From an uncultured Bacillota bacterium (GTDB lineage Bacteria > Bacillota_I > Bacilli_A > RF39 > UBA660): 64,000 nt of DNA. The notes beneath the pieces were generated by a model, which saw only the letters and a list, made by a program, of their open reading frames with translations, was not told the origin of the DNA and did no database searches. The stretch spans positions 2,521 to 66,520 of the forward strand of contig CAOJZV010000006.1 of the NCBI GenBank assembly GCA_948466255.1, in the 5' to 3' direction. The number at the start of each line of letters is the position of its first letter. Positions within the stretch are counted from its first letter, which is position 1. A program made the translations under genes and the position numbers. Below, one piece after another: positions 33,306-44,287 of the stretch.

Positions 33306-33668
33306 TCAATTATTTGGGTAAAATTCTGAACTAGAAATAATTCTTTCATCAAATTTAATATAGTTGATATAAATCATTAAAATTAAATACCATTCTCCTG
33401 TTGTTGGATCACTTAAAATAATATGATCTCTTCCAGATTGTTCAATGATACCTTTGAAAATGCGATCACGCCATTCTGTCGAATCAGGATATGAGGCATA
33501 TATTTCTACTTGTTTTCCTCTATTTAATCTTAAGATGTTTTCAATATATGATTGTTCAAACTGAGTGTCTGGGAAGTTTTGCTGTATTTCTTGATTTGGT
33601 ACCTGATTTCCTCCTGTATAAAGTGGAGTCCCTGGAAATGCATTTTGGTTTACAAAATTATTATTCAT
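33306..33668 (-). CDS. gerQ: Spore coat protein GerQ
   Basis: Q/N/P-rich N-terminus, then EQSYIENILRLNRGKQVEIYASYPDSTEWRDRIFKGIIEQSGRDHIILSDPTTGEWYLILMIYINYIKFDE, which matches GerQ/YwdL. Confidence 0.85.
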   Translation of the reverse strand: MNNNFVNQNAFPGTPLYTGGNQVPNQEIQQNFPDTQFEQSYIENILRLNRGKQVEIYASYPDSTEWRDRIFKGIIEQSGRDHIILSDPTTGEWYLILMIYINYIKFDERIISSSEFYPNN

Positions 33669-33745
33669 ATAATCATCCTTTCTTTAAAATATATTTAATG
33701 GAAGTATGAAATATGATATAATATGTATAATAAGGAAGTGAAATT

Positions 33746-34327
33746 ATGAAAGTTTCAGTAGGAGTTTCAGCTAGGCATGTTCATTTAACAAAAGATGTTT
33801 ATATGAAGTTATTTGGTAATGATAATTTGGAAGTTATGAGATATTTAGATCAACCGACACAATTCGCATCTACGAGTGTGGTAAATATAAGATGCGGGGA
33901 AAATGAAATATCTAATGTACGTGTTTTAGGTCCTTTTCGTGATTATAATCAAGTAGAGGTATCTAGAACTGATGCCTATAAATTAAAAGTTAATCCACCA
34001 GTAAGAGAATCTGGTAATGTAAGTGGAAGTGTTCCAATTACGATAATTGGTCCAATAGGTGAAGTTAATTTAAATGAAGGTTTGATTGTTGCTAATAGAC
34101 ATATACATATAACGCCTTCTGACGTTTTAAAATATGGATTAGATAATCTTGATGAAGTGTGTATAAAAATAGATGGTGAAAAGGGTGGCGTTTTAAAAAA
34201 TGTATATTTAAAACCTGATAAGAATGCTGGATTTAGATTACATTTAGATACTGATGATGCGAATGCGTTTAATCTTAAAAATGATGATGAAGTAGAAATT
34301 TTGATAGAAAGAGGGAATGAAAAATGA
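33746..34327 (+). CDS. pduL: Phosphate propanoyltransferase PduL
   Basis: Duplicated PduL motifs: VGVSARHVHLTKD and NRHIHITPSD. Confidence 0.85.
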   Translation: MKVSVGVSARHVHLTKDVYMKLFGNDNLEVMRYLDQPTQFASTSVVNIRCGENEISNVRVLGPFRDYNQVEVSRTDAYKLKVNPPVRESGNVSGSVPITIIGPIGEVNLNEGLIVANRHIHITPSDVLKYGLDNLDEVCIKIDGEKGGVLKNVYLKPDKNAGFRLHLDTDDANAFNLKNDDEVEILIERGNEK

Positions 34328-35100
34328 AATTAAAAGATAAAGTTGCGGTTGTAACAGGTGGAGCTATGGGAAATGGTCTTGGAATTGCTAAAGTATTTTT
34401 AAGAGAAGGTGCTACTGTAGCTATATTAGATTATTCTGATAGACTTGGTGAAACTATTAATGAATTAGGTTCTTTAGGCAATGTATGTGGTTTTCATGTG
34501 GATATTCGTGATGTAAAAAAAGTAAATGATTGTATGAAAGCTATTAATGATAAATATGGTCATATTGATATTGTTGTTAATAACGCAGGTGTGGCTAAAT
34601 TAGAAACATTTATGGATATGACTGATGAAGTTAGAGATTTTCACTTTGATATTAATATTAAGGGTACTTGGAATGTTACTAAGGCAGCTGTACCTTATAT
34701 GAATGGTGGTTCTATTGTTAATTTATCAAGTGTTACTGGCCCAATGGTAGCTGATAGTGGGGAAGTTGCTTATGCGACTACTAAAGCTGCTTTAATTGGT
34801 TTTACTAAGGGCTTAGCTGCAGAATTAGTTGAAAAGAATATTAGAGTTAATGCGATTATGCCAGGTTATATTATGACTCCTATGGTTGAAGGAATTGCTA
34901 AAGATACTGATAGTGAAAATCCTCAAAGTGTAGTTGATGGTATTGCGTCTGGAATTCCAATGAAAAGATTAGGTACTATTGAAGAGTTAGGAGAACTTGC
35001 AGCATTTTTAGCTAGTGACGAAGCTAGTTATATTACTGGTCAAGGTATTGTTATTGATGGTGGATCTACACTACCTGAAACAATGTCTGTTGGTGTTTAA
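34324..35100 (+). CDS. SDR family oxidoreductase
   Basis: TGGAMGNGLG Rossmann motif, NNAG, and a Y-x3-K catalytic pair (YATTKAA). Confidence 0.85.
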   Translation: MKLKDKVAVVTGGAMGNGLGIAKVFLREGATVAILDYSDRLGETINELGSLGNVCGFHVDIRDVKKVNDCMKAINDKYGHIDIVVNNAGVAKLETFMDMTDEVRDFHFDINIKGTWNVTKAAVPYMNGGSIVNLSSVTGPMVADSGEVAYATTKAALIGFTKGLAAELVEKNIRVNAIMPGYIMTPMVEGIAKDTDSENPQSVVDGIASGIPMKRLGTIEELGELAAFLASDEASYITGQGIVIDGGSTLPETMSVGV

Positions 35101-35129
35101 AAGAATCAAACGAAATTCGTTTGATTCTT
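35101..35129. terminator. Bidirectional intrinsic terminator between convergent genes
   Basis: AAGAATCAAACGAA-ATT-CGTTTGATTCTT hairpin flanked by an A-run and a T-run. Confidence 0.75.
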
Positions 35130-37091
35130 TTATTCTGTTTTTACAGTTGGGATTATATCATCTAAAGCATATTTATTACTAGTCGGTTCTGTTCCTTTAA
35201 TATAATATAAAACTTTAGCTTTATTTTCATTACTTGCTACTTTTCCACTAATTGGATCTATGGCAACACCAACGACATTATTTGGTGTTTCATACCAATT
35301 ATCTTCCTTATCTTTTAAATAGTTTTCCATAATATCTACCCAAGTATTTTTTATGTTTGAACTATCGGTATTATTAACAGCTTTATTATCATCGTATCCG
35401 GTCCAAAGTCCAACTAATAAATCTTTGTTATATCCAAAAATTAAATTATCAGTATCAGTAGTTCCACTTTTAATTGCATATTTTTTAGTCATTTTGGGAG
35501 ATATGTTATAACATGTTGGAATGTTGTAATCAACAAATTCTTTGGCATATGTCGTAGTTAATAGTTCATTTAAAATATAAACTGTATTTTTATTTAAAAC
35601 ATTTTCTGGACTTGGTTCATATTCATATAAAACATTGCCTTTCATATCGGTTACTTTACTTATGAAAAATGGTTTTATTTTATTTCCTTCATTGGCTAAT
35701 GTGGAATATCCTGTCATCATTTCCATCATATTTATTTCTTCGGCACCTAAAGCAAGAGAAGGTAGTTCATCCACCTTTTTATTTATACCGACTCTTTTTA
35801 ACATATTAACTAAATTATTTTCCCCTAAAAATAAATGTGTTTTAACGGCGTATATATTATCGGAGTAGGCTATTGCAGCAGCCATACTAATTGGTGATTT
35901 AGGGTACTCATTATTGTAGTTTTTAGGCGTGTATGTTTTATTACCTTCAAAAGTAAATGTTGTTTTTTCACTTGTAAATGTTGTTGAAGGGGTAAATCCA
36001 TTTTCTAAAGCTGAATAATAAAGAAATGGTTTTATAGTAGAGCCTACTTGTCTGGTAGCTGTAGTAGCTCTATTATACTGACTTTTATTATAATCTCTTC
36101 CACCAGTTAGGGCTAAAACTTTTCCAGTTTTAGGGTCCATAACGACACCAGCCAGTTGAATATTTTTATTGGTTATGTTTTTATTCGCACTTTCTTCTAA
36201 GATTTTTTGAGCATTTGTATCTAAATTTGTATATATTTTTAGGCCTCCAGTATCTAAGAAAGAAGCAGGAATTGAATCAATTTTTTCAAGTTCATCCATA
36301 ACTGCATCTTGATAGTACCTCATCATTTTTAAGGTATCTTTTTCTTCTTCGGATTTATATACTAGAGATGTATTATAAGCCTTGCTTGCTTCTTCACTAG
36401 TGATATATTTATTTTCAACCATTGAATTTAAAATTATCTTTTGTCTAGCTTTTGCTTCAGTTTGATTAGTAAGTGGGGAATATTTGTTAGGGTTTTTAGG
36501 AATTCCTGCAAGCATACTAGCTTCGGCTAAAGTTAAATCTTTAGAACTTTTTCCAAAATAATATTTAGATGCATTTTCAATTCCAAATATTCCACCATAA
36601 TTTATGGTATTTAAATAACCTTCTAAAATATCGTCTTTTTTATAATGGGCTTCTAGTCTAATGGTAAGCCAAGCTTCTTTGATTTTTCTTTCCCAGGTTT
36701 TATCAAAATCTAAAAATAAGTTTTTGGTATATTGTTGAGTGATTGTGGATGCACCTTGAAGAGTTTCTCCTTCTTTAACATTTATAAATAAGGCTTTTAT
36801 TATTCTTAAAAAATCAAAACCTTTATGATTATAGAAGTTTTTGTCTTCTATTGATATGGTCGCATTAATAAGATTAGGTGAAATTTCATTTAGGCTAATC
36901 CAATCTTCACTGGCTGTACCTGTGTATAATTTTTCTTTATTGTCATATAAATAATATCCGTTGGCCCCATCTATCGCAAGTTTTGGAGTGATTTTGGCAT
37001 ATATGTATAATCCGAAATATAGAGCTACAAATATTAATAATATTGCTGTGATTATAAATAAAGCTTTAATTCCGCGTTTTTGTTTTTTCAT
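35130..37091 (-). CDS. Class A penicillin-binding protein (transglycosylase plus transpeptidase)
   Basis: GT51 motifs (SIEDKNFYNHKGFD, GASTITQQY) and transpeptidase motifs STIKP, SDN and KSGTT. Confidence 0.92.
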   Translation of the reverse strand: MKKQKRGIKALFIITAILLIFVALYFGLYIYAKITPKLAIDGANGYYLYDNKEKLYTGTASEDWISLNEISPNLINATISIEDKNFYNHKGFDFLRIIKALFINVKEGETLQGASTITQQYTKNLFLDFDKTWERKIKEAWLTIRLEAHYKKDDILEGYLNTINYGGIFGIENASKYYFGKSSKDLTLAEASMLAGIPKNPNKYSPLTNQTEAKARQKIILNSMVENKYITSEEASKAYNTSLVYKSEEEKDTLKMMRYYQDAVMDELEKIDSIPASFLDTGGLKIYTNLDTNAQKILEESANKNITNKNIQLAGVVMDPKTGKVLALTGGRDYNKSQYNRATTATRQVGSTIKPFLYYSALENGFTPSTTFTSEKTTFTFEGNKTYTPKNYNNEYPKSPISMAAAIAYSDNIYAVKTHLFLGENNLVNMLKRVGINKKVDELPSLALGAEEINMMEMMTGYSTLANEGNKIKPFFISKVTDMKGNVLYEYEPSPENVLNKNTVYILNELLTTTYAKEFVDYNIPTCYNISPKMTKKYAIKSGTTDTDNLIFGYNKDLLVGLWTGYDDNKAVNNTDSSNIKNTWVDIMENYLKDKEDNWYETPNNVVGVAIDPISGKVASNENKAKVLYYIKGTEPTSNKYALDDIIPTVKTE

Positions 37092-37241
37092 GAAATCACT
37101 CCATTTCTATCTTTATTATTGGAAGAAATTACAAAAATTATAAGTTAAAAATAATAATATAAACGAAAAAGAATGTCTAATATTTTTATGTATTGTAAAA
37201 AATGTGATATGTGGTATAATTTTGTCATTGGAAGTGGTGTA

Positions 37242-37610
37242 ATGGGGAAAATAAATATAAATTATTCTTTGAAAAATGATGGTGAAATTCATTCCTTTAT
37301 TGGTAAAGGTATAAAAAATGGTAATAAAATTACTTTTAATGATGATGGAATTATGACAACTATTACTCTTGGTGAAAATATTTTTATTGAAAGAAAAAAA
37401 GATTATTTAATAAAATTGGGTTTTTGTATAAATAATTTTATGAAAGGGACATATATTATTCCTGAAGGAAGTTTAGATGTAGTAACTGATACAAAGGAGA
37501 TTATTTTTAATGAAAATAACATTAAGATAATTTATTCATTAAATATAAATGGAGCCTTTGCAGGAAATTTTGAATTAAATTTTAATTATAGTATTGACAG
37601 TAGTGAATAA
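37242..37610 (+). CDS. Hypothetical beta-rich protein, possibly DUF1934 (YwiB-like)
   Basis: About 120 aa. The size and beta-strand-like alternating pattern match my recollection of DUF1934. This is a weak call. Confidence 0.35.
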   Translation: MGKININYSLKNDGEIHSFIGKGIKNGNKITFNDDGIMTTITLGENIFIERKKDYLIKLGFCINNFMKGTYIIPEGSLDVVTDTKEIIFNENNIKIIYSLNINGAFAGNFELNFNYSIDSSE

Positions 37611-37654
37611 TATGATACAATGTTTTAAGATTATTACTCAAGGGAGGAAGTTTT

Positions 37655-38110
37655 ATGAAGCTAAATAGGATGTCAAAAGAGGAATTGGAATTATATTCTT
37701 ATATTGATTTAACTAGAATGATTTTAGAAGAGGAAAAGAAGACCCTTAATACACCAACTATTTTTAGAAAGATTTGTGATTTGCTAGAACTTTCTGATGA
37801 TGAATATACTGATAAAATTGGTGATTACTATACTTCTTTAACTACGGATAAAGATTTTGTTTTATTAGATGATGGTAATTGGGATTTACGTGATCGCCAA
37901 CCAGTTTCAGCAATTCTTTCTGAAGATGATGATGTTTATGAAGAAGACGATTTAGAAGATATAGAAGAAGCTGAAGAAGATATGGAAGAAATCGTATCTG
38001 AAGATGATGACGATGATGCAGAGTTAGATTTAGATGATATTGATGATGAAGATGATGACGATTTAGAAGATGATTTAACAATTATTGATGAGGAAGAATT
38101 GGAAGACTAA
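37655..38110 (+). CDS. rpoE: DNA-directed RNA polymerase delta subunit
   Basis: HARE-HTH N-terminal domain (ELELYSYIDLTRMILEEEKKTLNTPTIFRKICDLLELSDDEY) plus a long D/E-rich acidic tail. Confidence 0.88.
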   Translation: MKLNRMSKEELELYSYIDLTRMILEEEKKTLNTPTIFRKICDLLELSDDEYTDKIGDYYTSLTTDKDFVLLDDGNWDLRDRQPVSAILSEDDDVYEEDDLEDIEEAEEDMEEIVSEDDDDDAELDLDDIDDEDDDDLEDDLTIIDEEELED

Positions 38111-38189
38111 TTCTTTTTCTTTTTGGTTATATAGTTTGATTTAGTTAATAAAATATAGTATAATGAAAAACGGTTAAAAGGTGATATAA

Positions 38190-39245
38190 ATGAAAGAAAG
38201 ATTAGAAGTTATTGAAGAAAGATATAATGAACTTGCGGCTGAACTTAGTAAGCCTGAAGTTTTGAGTGATATTAAAAAAACTTTAGAATTAACTAAAGAA
38301 CAAGCTTCTTTAAAAGATGCCTATGAGGCTTATCAAAAATATAAACAAATAACTAGTGATTTAGCTGAAGCCAATGAGCTTGTAAAAGATAGTGAGTTAG
38401 GTGAATTTGCGAAAGAAGAAATTACTAGATTAAATGAAGAGCTTGCAGAGTTAGAAGCTAATATTGAAATTATTTTACTTCCAAAAGATCCTAATGATGA
38501 TAAAAACGTTATCGTTGAAATTAGAGGAGCCGCTGGTGGTGATGAAGCTAATATATTTGCTGGAGATTTATATCGCATGTATAGTAAATATGCGGAAAAG
38601 GAAGGTTGGAAGCTTGAGGTTTTAAGTGAAGAACATTCTGATATGGGAGGTTTTCCTTTAGTAGAGTTTATGGTTAAAGGCGACAGTGTTTATTCTAAAC
38701 TTAAATATGAAAGTGGAGCTCATAGAGTTCAAAGAGTTCCAGTAACTGAAACGCAAGGAAGAGTTCATACATCTACTGCCACAGTAGTAGTTATGCCAGA
38801 AGCTGAAGATGTAGATGTTGAAATTAAACCTGGTGATTTACGTATTGATGTTTATCGTAGTACGGGTGCGGGCGGACAATGTGTAAATACTACTGATAGT
38901 GCTGTTCGTATTACGCATATGCCTTCAGGTATTGTTGTTACTTGTCAAAATGAACGTAGTCAACTTCAAAATAAGGAAAAATGTATGCAAATGCTTAGAA
39001 CTAGACTTTATGAAGAGGAAAGACGTAAGCAAGAAGAGGAACTTGGCAACGAAAGACGTAATAAAATTGGTACCGGTGATAGATCTGAAAAAATAAGAAC
39101 TTATAATTATCCTCAAAACAGGGTTACTGATCATCGTATTGGTTATACTACTAAAAATTTAGATAGAGTTATGGAAGGGAATTTAGAGGATATTATTACA
39201 GCTTTAATTACTGAAGATCAAAATAGAAAGTTACGCGGGGAATAA
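38190..39245 (+). CDS. prfA: Peptide chain release factor 1
   Basis: PVTETQGR (PxT motif) and the GGQ motif (TGAGGQCVN). Confidence 0.95.
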   Translation: MKERLEVIEERYNELAAELSKPEVLSDIKKTLELTKEQASLKDAYEAYQKYKQITSDLAEANELVKDSELGEFAKEEITRLNEELAELEANIEIILLPKDPNDDKNVIVEIRGAAGGDEANIFAGDLYRMYSKYAEKEGWKLEVLSEEHSDMGGFPLVEFMVKGDSVYSKLKYESGAHRVQRVPVTETQGRVHTSTATVVVMPEAEDVDVEIKPGDLRIDVYRSTGAGGQCVNTTDSAVRITHMPSGIVVTCQNERSQLQNKEKCMQMLRTRLYEEERRKQEEELGNERRNKIGTGDRSEKIRTYNYPQNRVTDHRIGYTTKNLDRVMEGNLEDIITALITEDQNRKLRGE

Positions 39246-39961
39246 TGACTGATAAAGAGTATTTAGAAAAACATTTGGATAGTGATAAATTAGAAGAAGG
39301 TTTGAAACGTTTAGAATTAGGTGAGCCTTTACAATATATTATTGGCAATGTTAATTTTTGTGGAAATATAATTAATGTTAATTCTAACGTTTTAATACCT
39401 AGATTTGAAACAGAATTATTAGTTGAAAAAACTATTAATTATATAAAAAAATATTTTAATAAAAAAGTTAAAATTATAGATTTAGGGACAGGATCTGGAG
39501 CGATTGCTATAAGTCTTAAAAAAAAGCTAGATGCTGTAGTGGATGCGATTGATATTTCTGATGTAGCGTTAGAAATAGCTAGGGAAAATGCAAAAGAAAA
39601 TAATACCCAAATTAATTTTTATGAAAGTGATATGTTTAATGATGTTAATGATAAATATGATGTGATTATTAGTAATCCACCATATATTTCTTATGATGAA
39701 GAAATAGAAGATGTTGTTAAAGACAATGAACCAGCAATAGCTTTATTTGCTGATAATCATGGCCTTGAATTTTATGAGAAAATTTTATCTAAAGCTTCTA
39801 AGCATATTTGTGATAGGGCTATTATTGCATTTGAAATAGGAAGATACCAAGGAGAAGCTATTAGCGAAATGGCTAAAGAATATTTTCCTGATTCAAAAAT
39901 CAGTGTGGAAAAGGACTTACCTGGTACAGATAGGTTTGTATTTATATTCATTAATTTATAA
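39245..39961 (+). CDS. prmC: Release factor glutamine N5-methyltransferase PrmC/HemK
   Basis: SAM motif DLGTGSGAI and catalytic NPPY. It overlaps the prfA stop. Confidence 0.88.
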   Translation: MTDKEYLEKHLDSDKLEEGLKRLELGEPLQYIIGNVNFCGNIINVNSNVLIPRFETELLVEKTINYIKKYFNKKVKIIDLGTGSGAIAISLKKKLDAVVDAIDISDVALEIARENAKENNTQINFYESDMFNDVNDKYDVIISNPPYISYDEEIEDVVKDNEPAIALFADNHGLEFYEKILSKASKHICDRAIIAFEIGRYQGEAISEMAKEYFPDSKISVEKDLPGTDRFVFIFINL

Positions 39962-40037
39962 GGCACTTTGTGTCTTTTTTTCATAGACATTTTTTGTTCT
40001 TAATGATATAATAATTATTGAAATGCGAGGGGAAATT

Positions 40038-41438
40038 ATGGACATTATTAATTTAGAAGAAAAGCGAAATAAATTATTAGATAAATACCGTAATTTGTTT
40101 ATTCAAAATACGGGTTTTACTGGTAATATGTTAAATTCTTATGTTGATAATTTGATTACAGTTGGTGAACAACAATATGGAGATAATTTTACTGAGGATA
40201 TTTTAAAAGAAAAAAGAGATGATTCTATTCTTTGGCTTATGAATGAGGTTTCAAAACATGGTGGAATATCATTTAATAATATTCATAATAAGGTTAAAGA
40301 AACAATGCAAGAAACAGTAAATACAGTTTCAGCTATAGCTAATCAAAAGGCTATTCAAGAACAGGTAAGTGAAAATGATCAAATATTAGAACTTATTGAC
40401 AAAATGAATGAATATGAATTCGAAGAGTATTTAAGTGAATTATCTTGGAGTCCAAGTAATCGTGCTAAATTTAACGGTATTGTTTCTTATAAATTAAAAC
40501 AAGAGCCTAATGCTAGTGAGCTTGAAATTTCAAAAGAGGTTTTAAAATCTATGGCTGATGAAATTGAACTCATTTTCCCTAAAGATGATATAAGTAAGCA
40601 AGAAAATATATCTAATGATGATGTATTAAATGGATATGTGATGGCGGAAAAATCTATTAATAATAATGAAGGGGTAACTGATGAGGATAAAAAAGTATGG
40701 CGAGATGCATTATGGAAAGATTTTGATAATTACGTAGAACAAAATCCTGAAGATAATAAAATAGATTCTCACGATATTTCTAAGCAGATTACCGAGCCTA
40801 TAGTAAAATTACCTGAAGTGCAAAAAACAGATTCTATTGCAAAAGAAAATACTTTAAAAATGGAAAATACGGTTATCCCTGCAACTGCTAAATTAGGTAA
40901 AAGAAAAGAAGCTCCTCAAACTTTAAAACAAAAATTTAAAGAAAAATGGAAGAATGCTTCATTTAAGAAAAAATTACTTATTGGGGCAGTGGCTATAGGA
41001 GCAATAATAGGTTTAGGTGTAATTGCTGCTACGGCAATTTCACAAATGGTTGCAACTCAAAGTTTTGATGCTAATTCAATTATGGCTACGAACAATATAG
41101 CTTCTAGCCTTACTAATGGTTTAGATTTAGGATCTATAGATTCAAGTGTGGTAGATTTTAGTTCTATTGGACAAGGTACGGAGGTACATACTACATTAAA
41201 TGAAGCTTTGACTGATACGAATACACTTACTAGTAATGAATGGATGAATGTTGATCATATGGAAGCTGTAAATACTGCTGGTGAAGTAGTTAATTTAGAT
41301 GGAATGACAGTAGACCAAGTTAATCAAACCTTAGATTCTGGCGACTATGGCGTTAGAGGATCATCAAATGGAGAATATCAAGGATGGTTTAGTGAGGAAA
41401 CTGTTAAAGATGCTATAAATCAAGGAAAGGGGTTATAA
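40038..41438 (+). CDS. Hypothetical single-pass membrane protein
   Basis: 466 aa with one TM helix (LLIGAVAIGAIIGLGVIAATAI) about two thirds of the way along. No motif recognised. Confidence 0.5.
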   Translation: MDIINLEEKRNKLLDKYRNLFIQNTGFTGNMLNSYVDNLITVGEQQYGDNFTEDILKEKRDDSILWLMNEVSKHGGISFNNIHNKVKETMQETVNTVSAIANQKAIQEQVSENDQILELIDKMNEYEFEEYLSELSWSPSNRAKFNGIVSYKLKQEPNASELEISKEVLKSMADEIELIFPKDDISKQENISNDDVLNGYVMAEKSINNNEGVTDEDKKVWRDALWKDFDNYVEQNPEDNKIDSHDISKQITEPIVKLPEVQKTDSIAKENTLKMENTVIPATAKLGKRKEAPQTLKQKFKEKWKNASFKKKLLIGAVAIGAIIGLGVIAATAISQMVATQSFDANSIMATNNIASSLTNGLDLGSIDSSVVDFSSIGQGTEVHTTLNEALTDTNTLTSNEWMNVDHMEAVNTAGEVVNLDGMTVDQVNQTLDSGDYGVRGSSNGEYQGWFSEETVKDAINQGKGL

Positions 41439-41442
41439 AATT

Positions 41443-41739
41443 ATGAAAAGTGGGCTATATACAATTATTGAATTTGATTCAAATGATAAATGGTTTGTAA
41501 TAGGTGAAACTATTTATCAAAATGAAAAATATAATTATTTAATTAGAGTAACTCCTGATGAAAGTGATTTTATAGAAGATTTTATGGTAGTAAAATGTTT
41601 TAATAATAATGGTGAAGAATATTTTGATGTTGTTAAAGATAAAAATATTTTGAAAGAGGTTACACCTTTATTAATTCCTAATATAGATGAATTACTTAAG
41701 AATCCAAAAGAGGCACTTAAAGAACTAATGAAATATTAG
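41443..41739 (+). CDS. Hypothetical small protein
   Basis: 98 aa, tightly linked to the upstream ORF. No confident family. Confidence 0.45.
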   Translation: MKSGLYTIIEFDSNDKWFVIGETIYQNEKYNYLIRVTPDESDFIEDFMVVKCFNNNGEEYFDVVKDKNILKEVTPLLIPNIDELLKNPKEALKELMKY

Positions 41740-41797
41740 TTCTTTTCTATTGTTTTATTTTGGATATTTTAGTATAATAGGTGTAGGGTGGTTTGGG

Positions 41798-44056
41798 ATG
41801 TATAAAAAATTAATTTTAGAATGTTTTAATGAAAATGATAGGAAGTTATCTTTTGCTGACCTTAAAAAGAAATTAGGAGTCAAAGGTGAGGGAGAAATAG
41901 CTTCTTTTTCTTGTGCTTTAGATGAGCTTAGATACGGTGGTGAATTATATTTAGGGAAAGATGATACTTACCGTATTTTTGATGAAAGCTTAGGCGTTAA
42001 ACAGGGGCAAATACATATAAATAAAGGTGGAATTGGTTTTGTTAGGGCCGATTATAAGGGAAAAGAAATTAGTTATATGATTAAAGGGAAAGATTTAAAT
42101 GGCGCCTTACCTAAAGATATAGTTATTATAAAACCAAGTGAGAAAAGTTATTATGGACATCAGATCGCTAAGGTCGAAGAAATTATAAAACGTGATAGTT
42201 TTTTAGAGGTATATGAATATATAGGTGAAGGATTATTTAAACCTTATGGACTTAACATTGATATGAATGTTTTAGTAAAAGAAAACGTTTGTAAACAAAT
42301 GGTCCCACAAACATTGGTTTTACTTGATGTTTCTACTGAGTCTGTTGTTTTAGATGATGAAACATATTTTTATGGTAATATTGAAAAAATTATTGGGCAT
42401 AAGGATGATCCTAAAATAGATGAACTTGCAATTAGTTATAAATTTGGTTTTGATCATAAATTTTCTGATAAAGTAATGGATGCGGCTAATAAAATTCCTA
42501 CAGAAGTTTTAGAAGAAGAATTGGAAGGCCGTGTTGATTTAAGGGATAAGATGGTATTTACTATTGATGGGAAGGATACAAAAGATATAGATGACGCTAT
42601 TTCTCTTGAAATGGATGGAGATAACTTAATTTTAAGAGTTAGTATTGCTGATGTATCTCATTATTTACTTAAGTATCCAGTTTTAATTGAGGAAGCTATT
42701 AAACGTGGAAATTCTGCTTATTTTGCTGATAGTGTAGTGCCTATGCTTCCACATGTTTTATCAAATGGAATTTGTTCATTAAATCCTGGTGCCACTAGAC
42801 TTACTAAAACTGCTGAACTTACATTTAATAGTGATGGTGAATTAATAGCTTCTGATGTTTATAAGAGTGTAATTAAATCTACAAAGAAAATGAATTATGA
42901 TGATGTTAATTCTATATTAGAAGACGGTATAGTTCCAGAAGGCTATGAAGAATTTGCTGGTAACTTGATTCTTATGGGGAGACTGTCTAAATTAGCTACC
43001 GCTAGTAGAAATGCTAAAGGTAATTTGAATTTTTCTGATTTAGAATTTAAAATTCATACAGCTATCAATGGAACTCCTACTGATTTAAATAGATGCTATC
43101 AATATAAAGGTGAAAAATTAATTGAAAATTATATGATTATGGCCAATATTGCAGTTACTGAAATTTATGGCTATTTGGGTCAACCATTTGTGTATCGTAC
43201 TCATGATAATCCAGATTTAATTAAATTACAAAAAACAGTTGAAATTTTAAAAGAACAAGGTATTTGTAATGAAAAAGTAATGAATAATTTACTTTCTAGG
43301 CTGGAAAAAGCTATAGAAAAAAATGCTGATATTAAGCCTATGGATTTACAACCTTTATTAAAAGATGCGCGAGAAAAGGATGTTATAGATGGAGTATCTA
43401 ATTTATTACTTCGCACAATGAAAAAGGCTGGATATTCTAATATTAATATTGGGCATTTTGGCCTTGCTGAAGAAGACTATTGTCATTTTACTTCACCTAT
43501 TAGAAGAGCTGCTGATTTAATGAATCATATTATTATTGATTTAGTTATGGAAATAAATCATGCTGATTCAGCCGATGAAATAATGGAAATTCAAGAAAAA
43601 TTAGATATGATTGCAAAAGCTCTTCCAGATATTTGTGAACATATTTCTGATAGGGAGATTGCTGCCGATGAAGCTGAAAGAGAAATTGAAGAATTAAAAA
43701 GTGTACAATATTTCATTAACCATATTGAAGAGTATGAGGGTCCTGTTTTAGCTGAGGTTTTAAACTCTAATAAATTTGGTTTAAGAATATTTGTAGGAGA
43801 CAAAATAAAAGCTATGATAGATGCTGAAGATTTAGTAGAACAAGGGTATACCTATATGCGTAATAGTCGTACTTATGTAAGAGCTAAAACTAAAGATTGT
43901 TTTAAACTCGGAACTAAGTTTTATGTTTTAGATCCTGAAGCTTCAAAAGAACATAAGATTATAAAATATAATATTGCTTATACACGTGATGAATTTGAAA
44001 AAATGGAAGAGAAAGTTTCTAAACAAAGGACTTTGGTAAAGAGAAGAGAACTATAG
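41798..44056 (+). CDS. rnr: Ribonuclease R
   Basis: RNB domain motifs (TIDGKDTKDIDDAIS, HFGL...YCHFTSPIRR) and a C-terminal S1-like region. ATG 41798 is preferred. Confidence 0.9.
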   Translation: MYKKLILECFNENDRKLSFADLKKKLGVKGEGEIASFSCALDELRYGGELYLGKDDTYRIFDESLGVKQGQIHINKGGIGFVRADYKGKEISYMIKGKDLNGALPKDIVIIKPSEKSYYGHQIAKVEEIIKRDSFLEVYEYIGEGLFKPYGLNIDMNVLVKENVCKQMVPQTLVLLDVSTESVVLDDETYFYGNIEKIIGHKDDPKIDELAISYKFGFDHKFSDKVMDAANKIPTEVLEEELEGRVDLRDKMVFTIDGKDTKDIDDAISLEMDGDNLILRVSIADVSHYLLKYPVLIEEAIKRGNSAYFADSVVPMLPHVLSNGICSLNPGATRLTKTAELTFNSDGELIASDVYKSVIKSTKKMNYDDVNSILEDGIVPEGYEEFAGNLILMGRLSKLATASRNAKGNLNFSDLEFKIHTAINGTPTDLNRCYQYKGEKLIENYMIMANIAVTEIYGYLGQPFVYRTHDNPDLIKLQKTVEILKEQGICNEKVMNNLLSRLEKAIEKNADIKPMDLQPLLKDAREKDVIDGVSNLLLRTMKKAGYSNINIGHFGLAEEDYCHFTSPIRRAADLMNHIIIDLVMEINHADSADEIMEIQEKLDMIAKALPDICEHISDREIAADEAEREIEELKSVQYFINHIEEYEGPVLAEVLNSNKFGLRIFVGDKIKAMIDAEDLVEQGYTYMRNSRTYVRAKTKDCFKLGTKFYVLDPEASKEHKIIKYNIAYTRDEFEKMEEKVSKQRTLVKRREL

Positions 44057-44287
44057 TGAAAAGTAGTTCTTTTTTTCTTGACATTTAAAGTTAAAATTTT
44101 ACATTTTTTTAAGTGCGTAAGAATTGTTATTTGATGATTTTGTTACCTTTACTGTTTATATATTTTAATTATTTGATGCGTAAAAAATACAATAACGTTT
44201 GTAAAGTTAAAAAATTACTTTAGAAAAAAATTAATTAAATCTTTACCCAAACAAGTGTGTGTGTTATAATCAAAATAGGTGATAATT

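Noticed and set aside
37900-38105. GAT/GAA-rich repetitive DNA, considered as a possible tandem repeat or array
   Set aside because: This is the coding sequence of the acidic C-terminal tail that is characteristic of the RNA polymerase delta subunit. There is no fixed repeat unit or spacer structure.
44258-44268. Short (GT)n run in the polC promoter spacer, considered as a second phase-variation tract
   Set aside because: It has only about 4-5 units, and it forms the TG of an extended -10 (TGTTATAAT). That is too short for appreciable slippage, and polC is essential.
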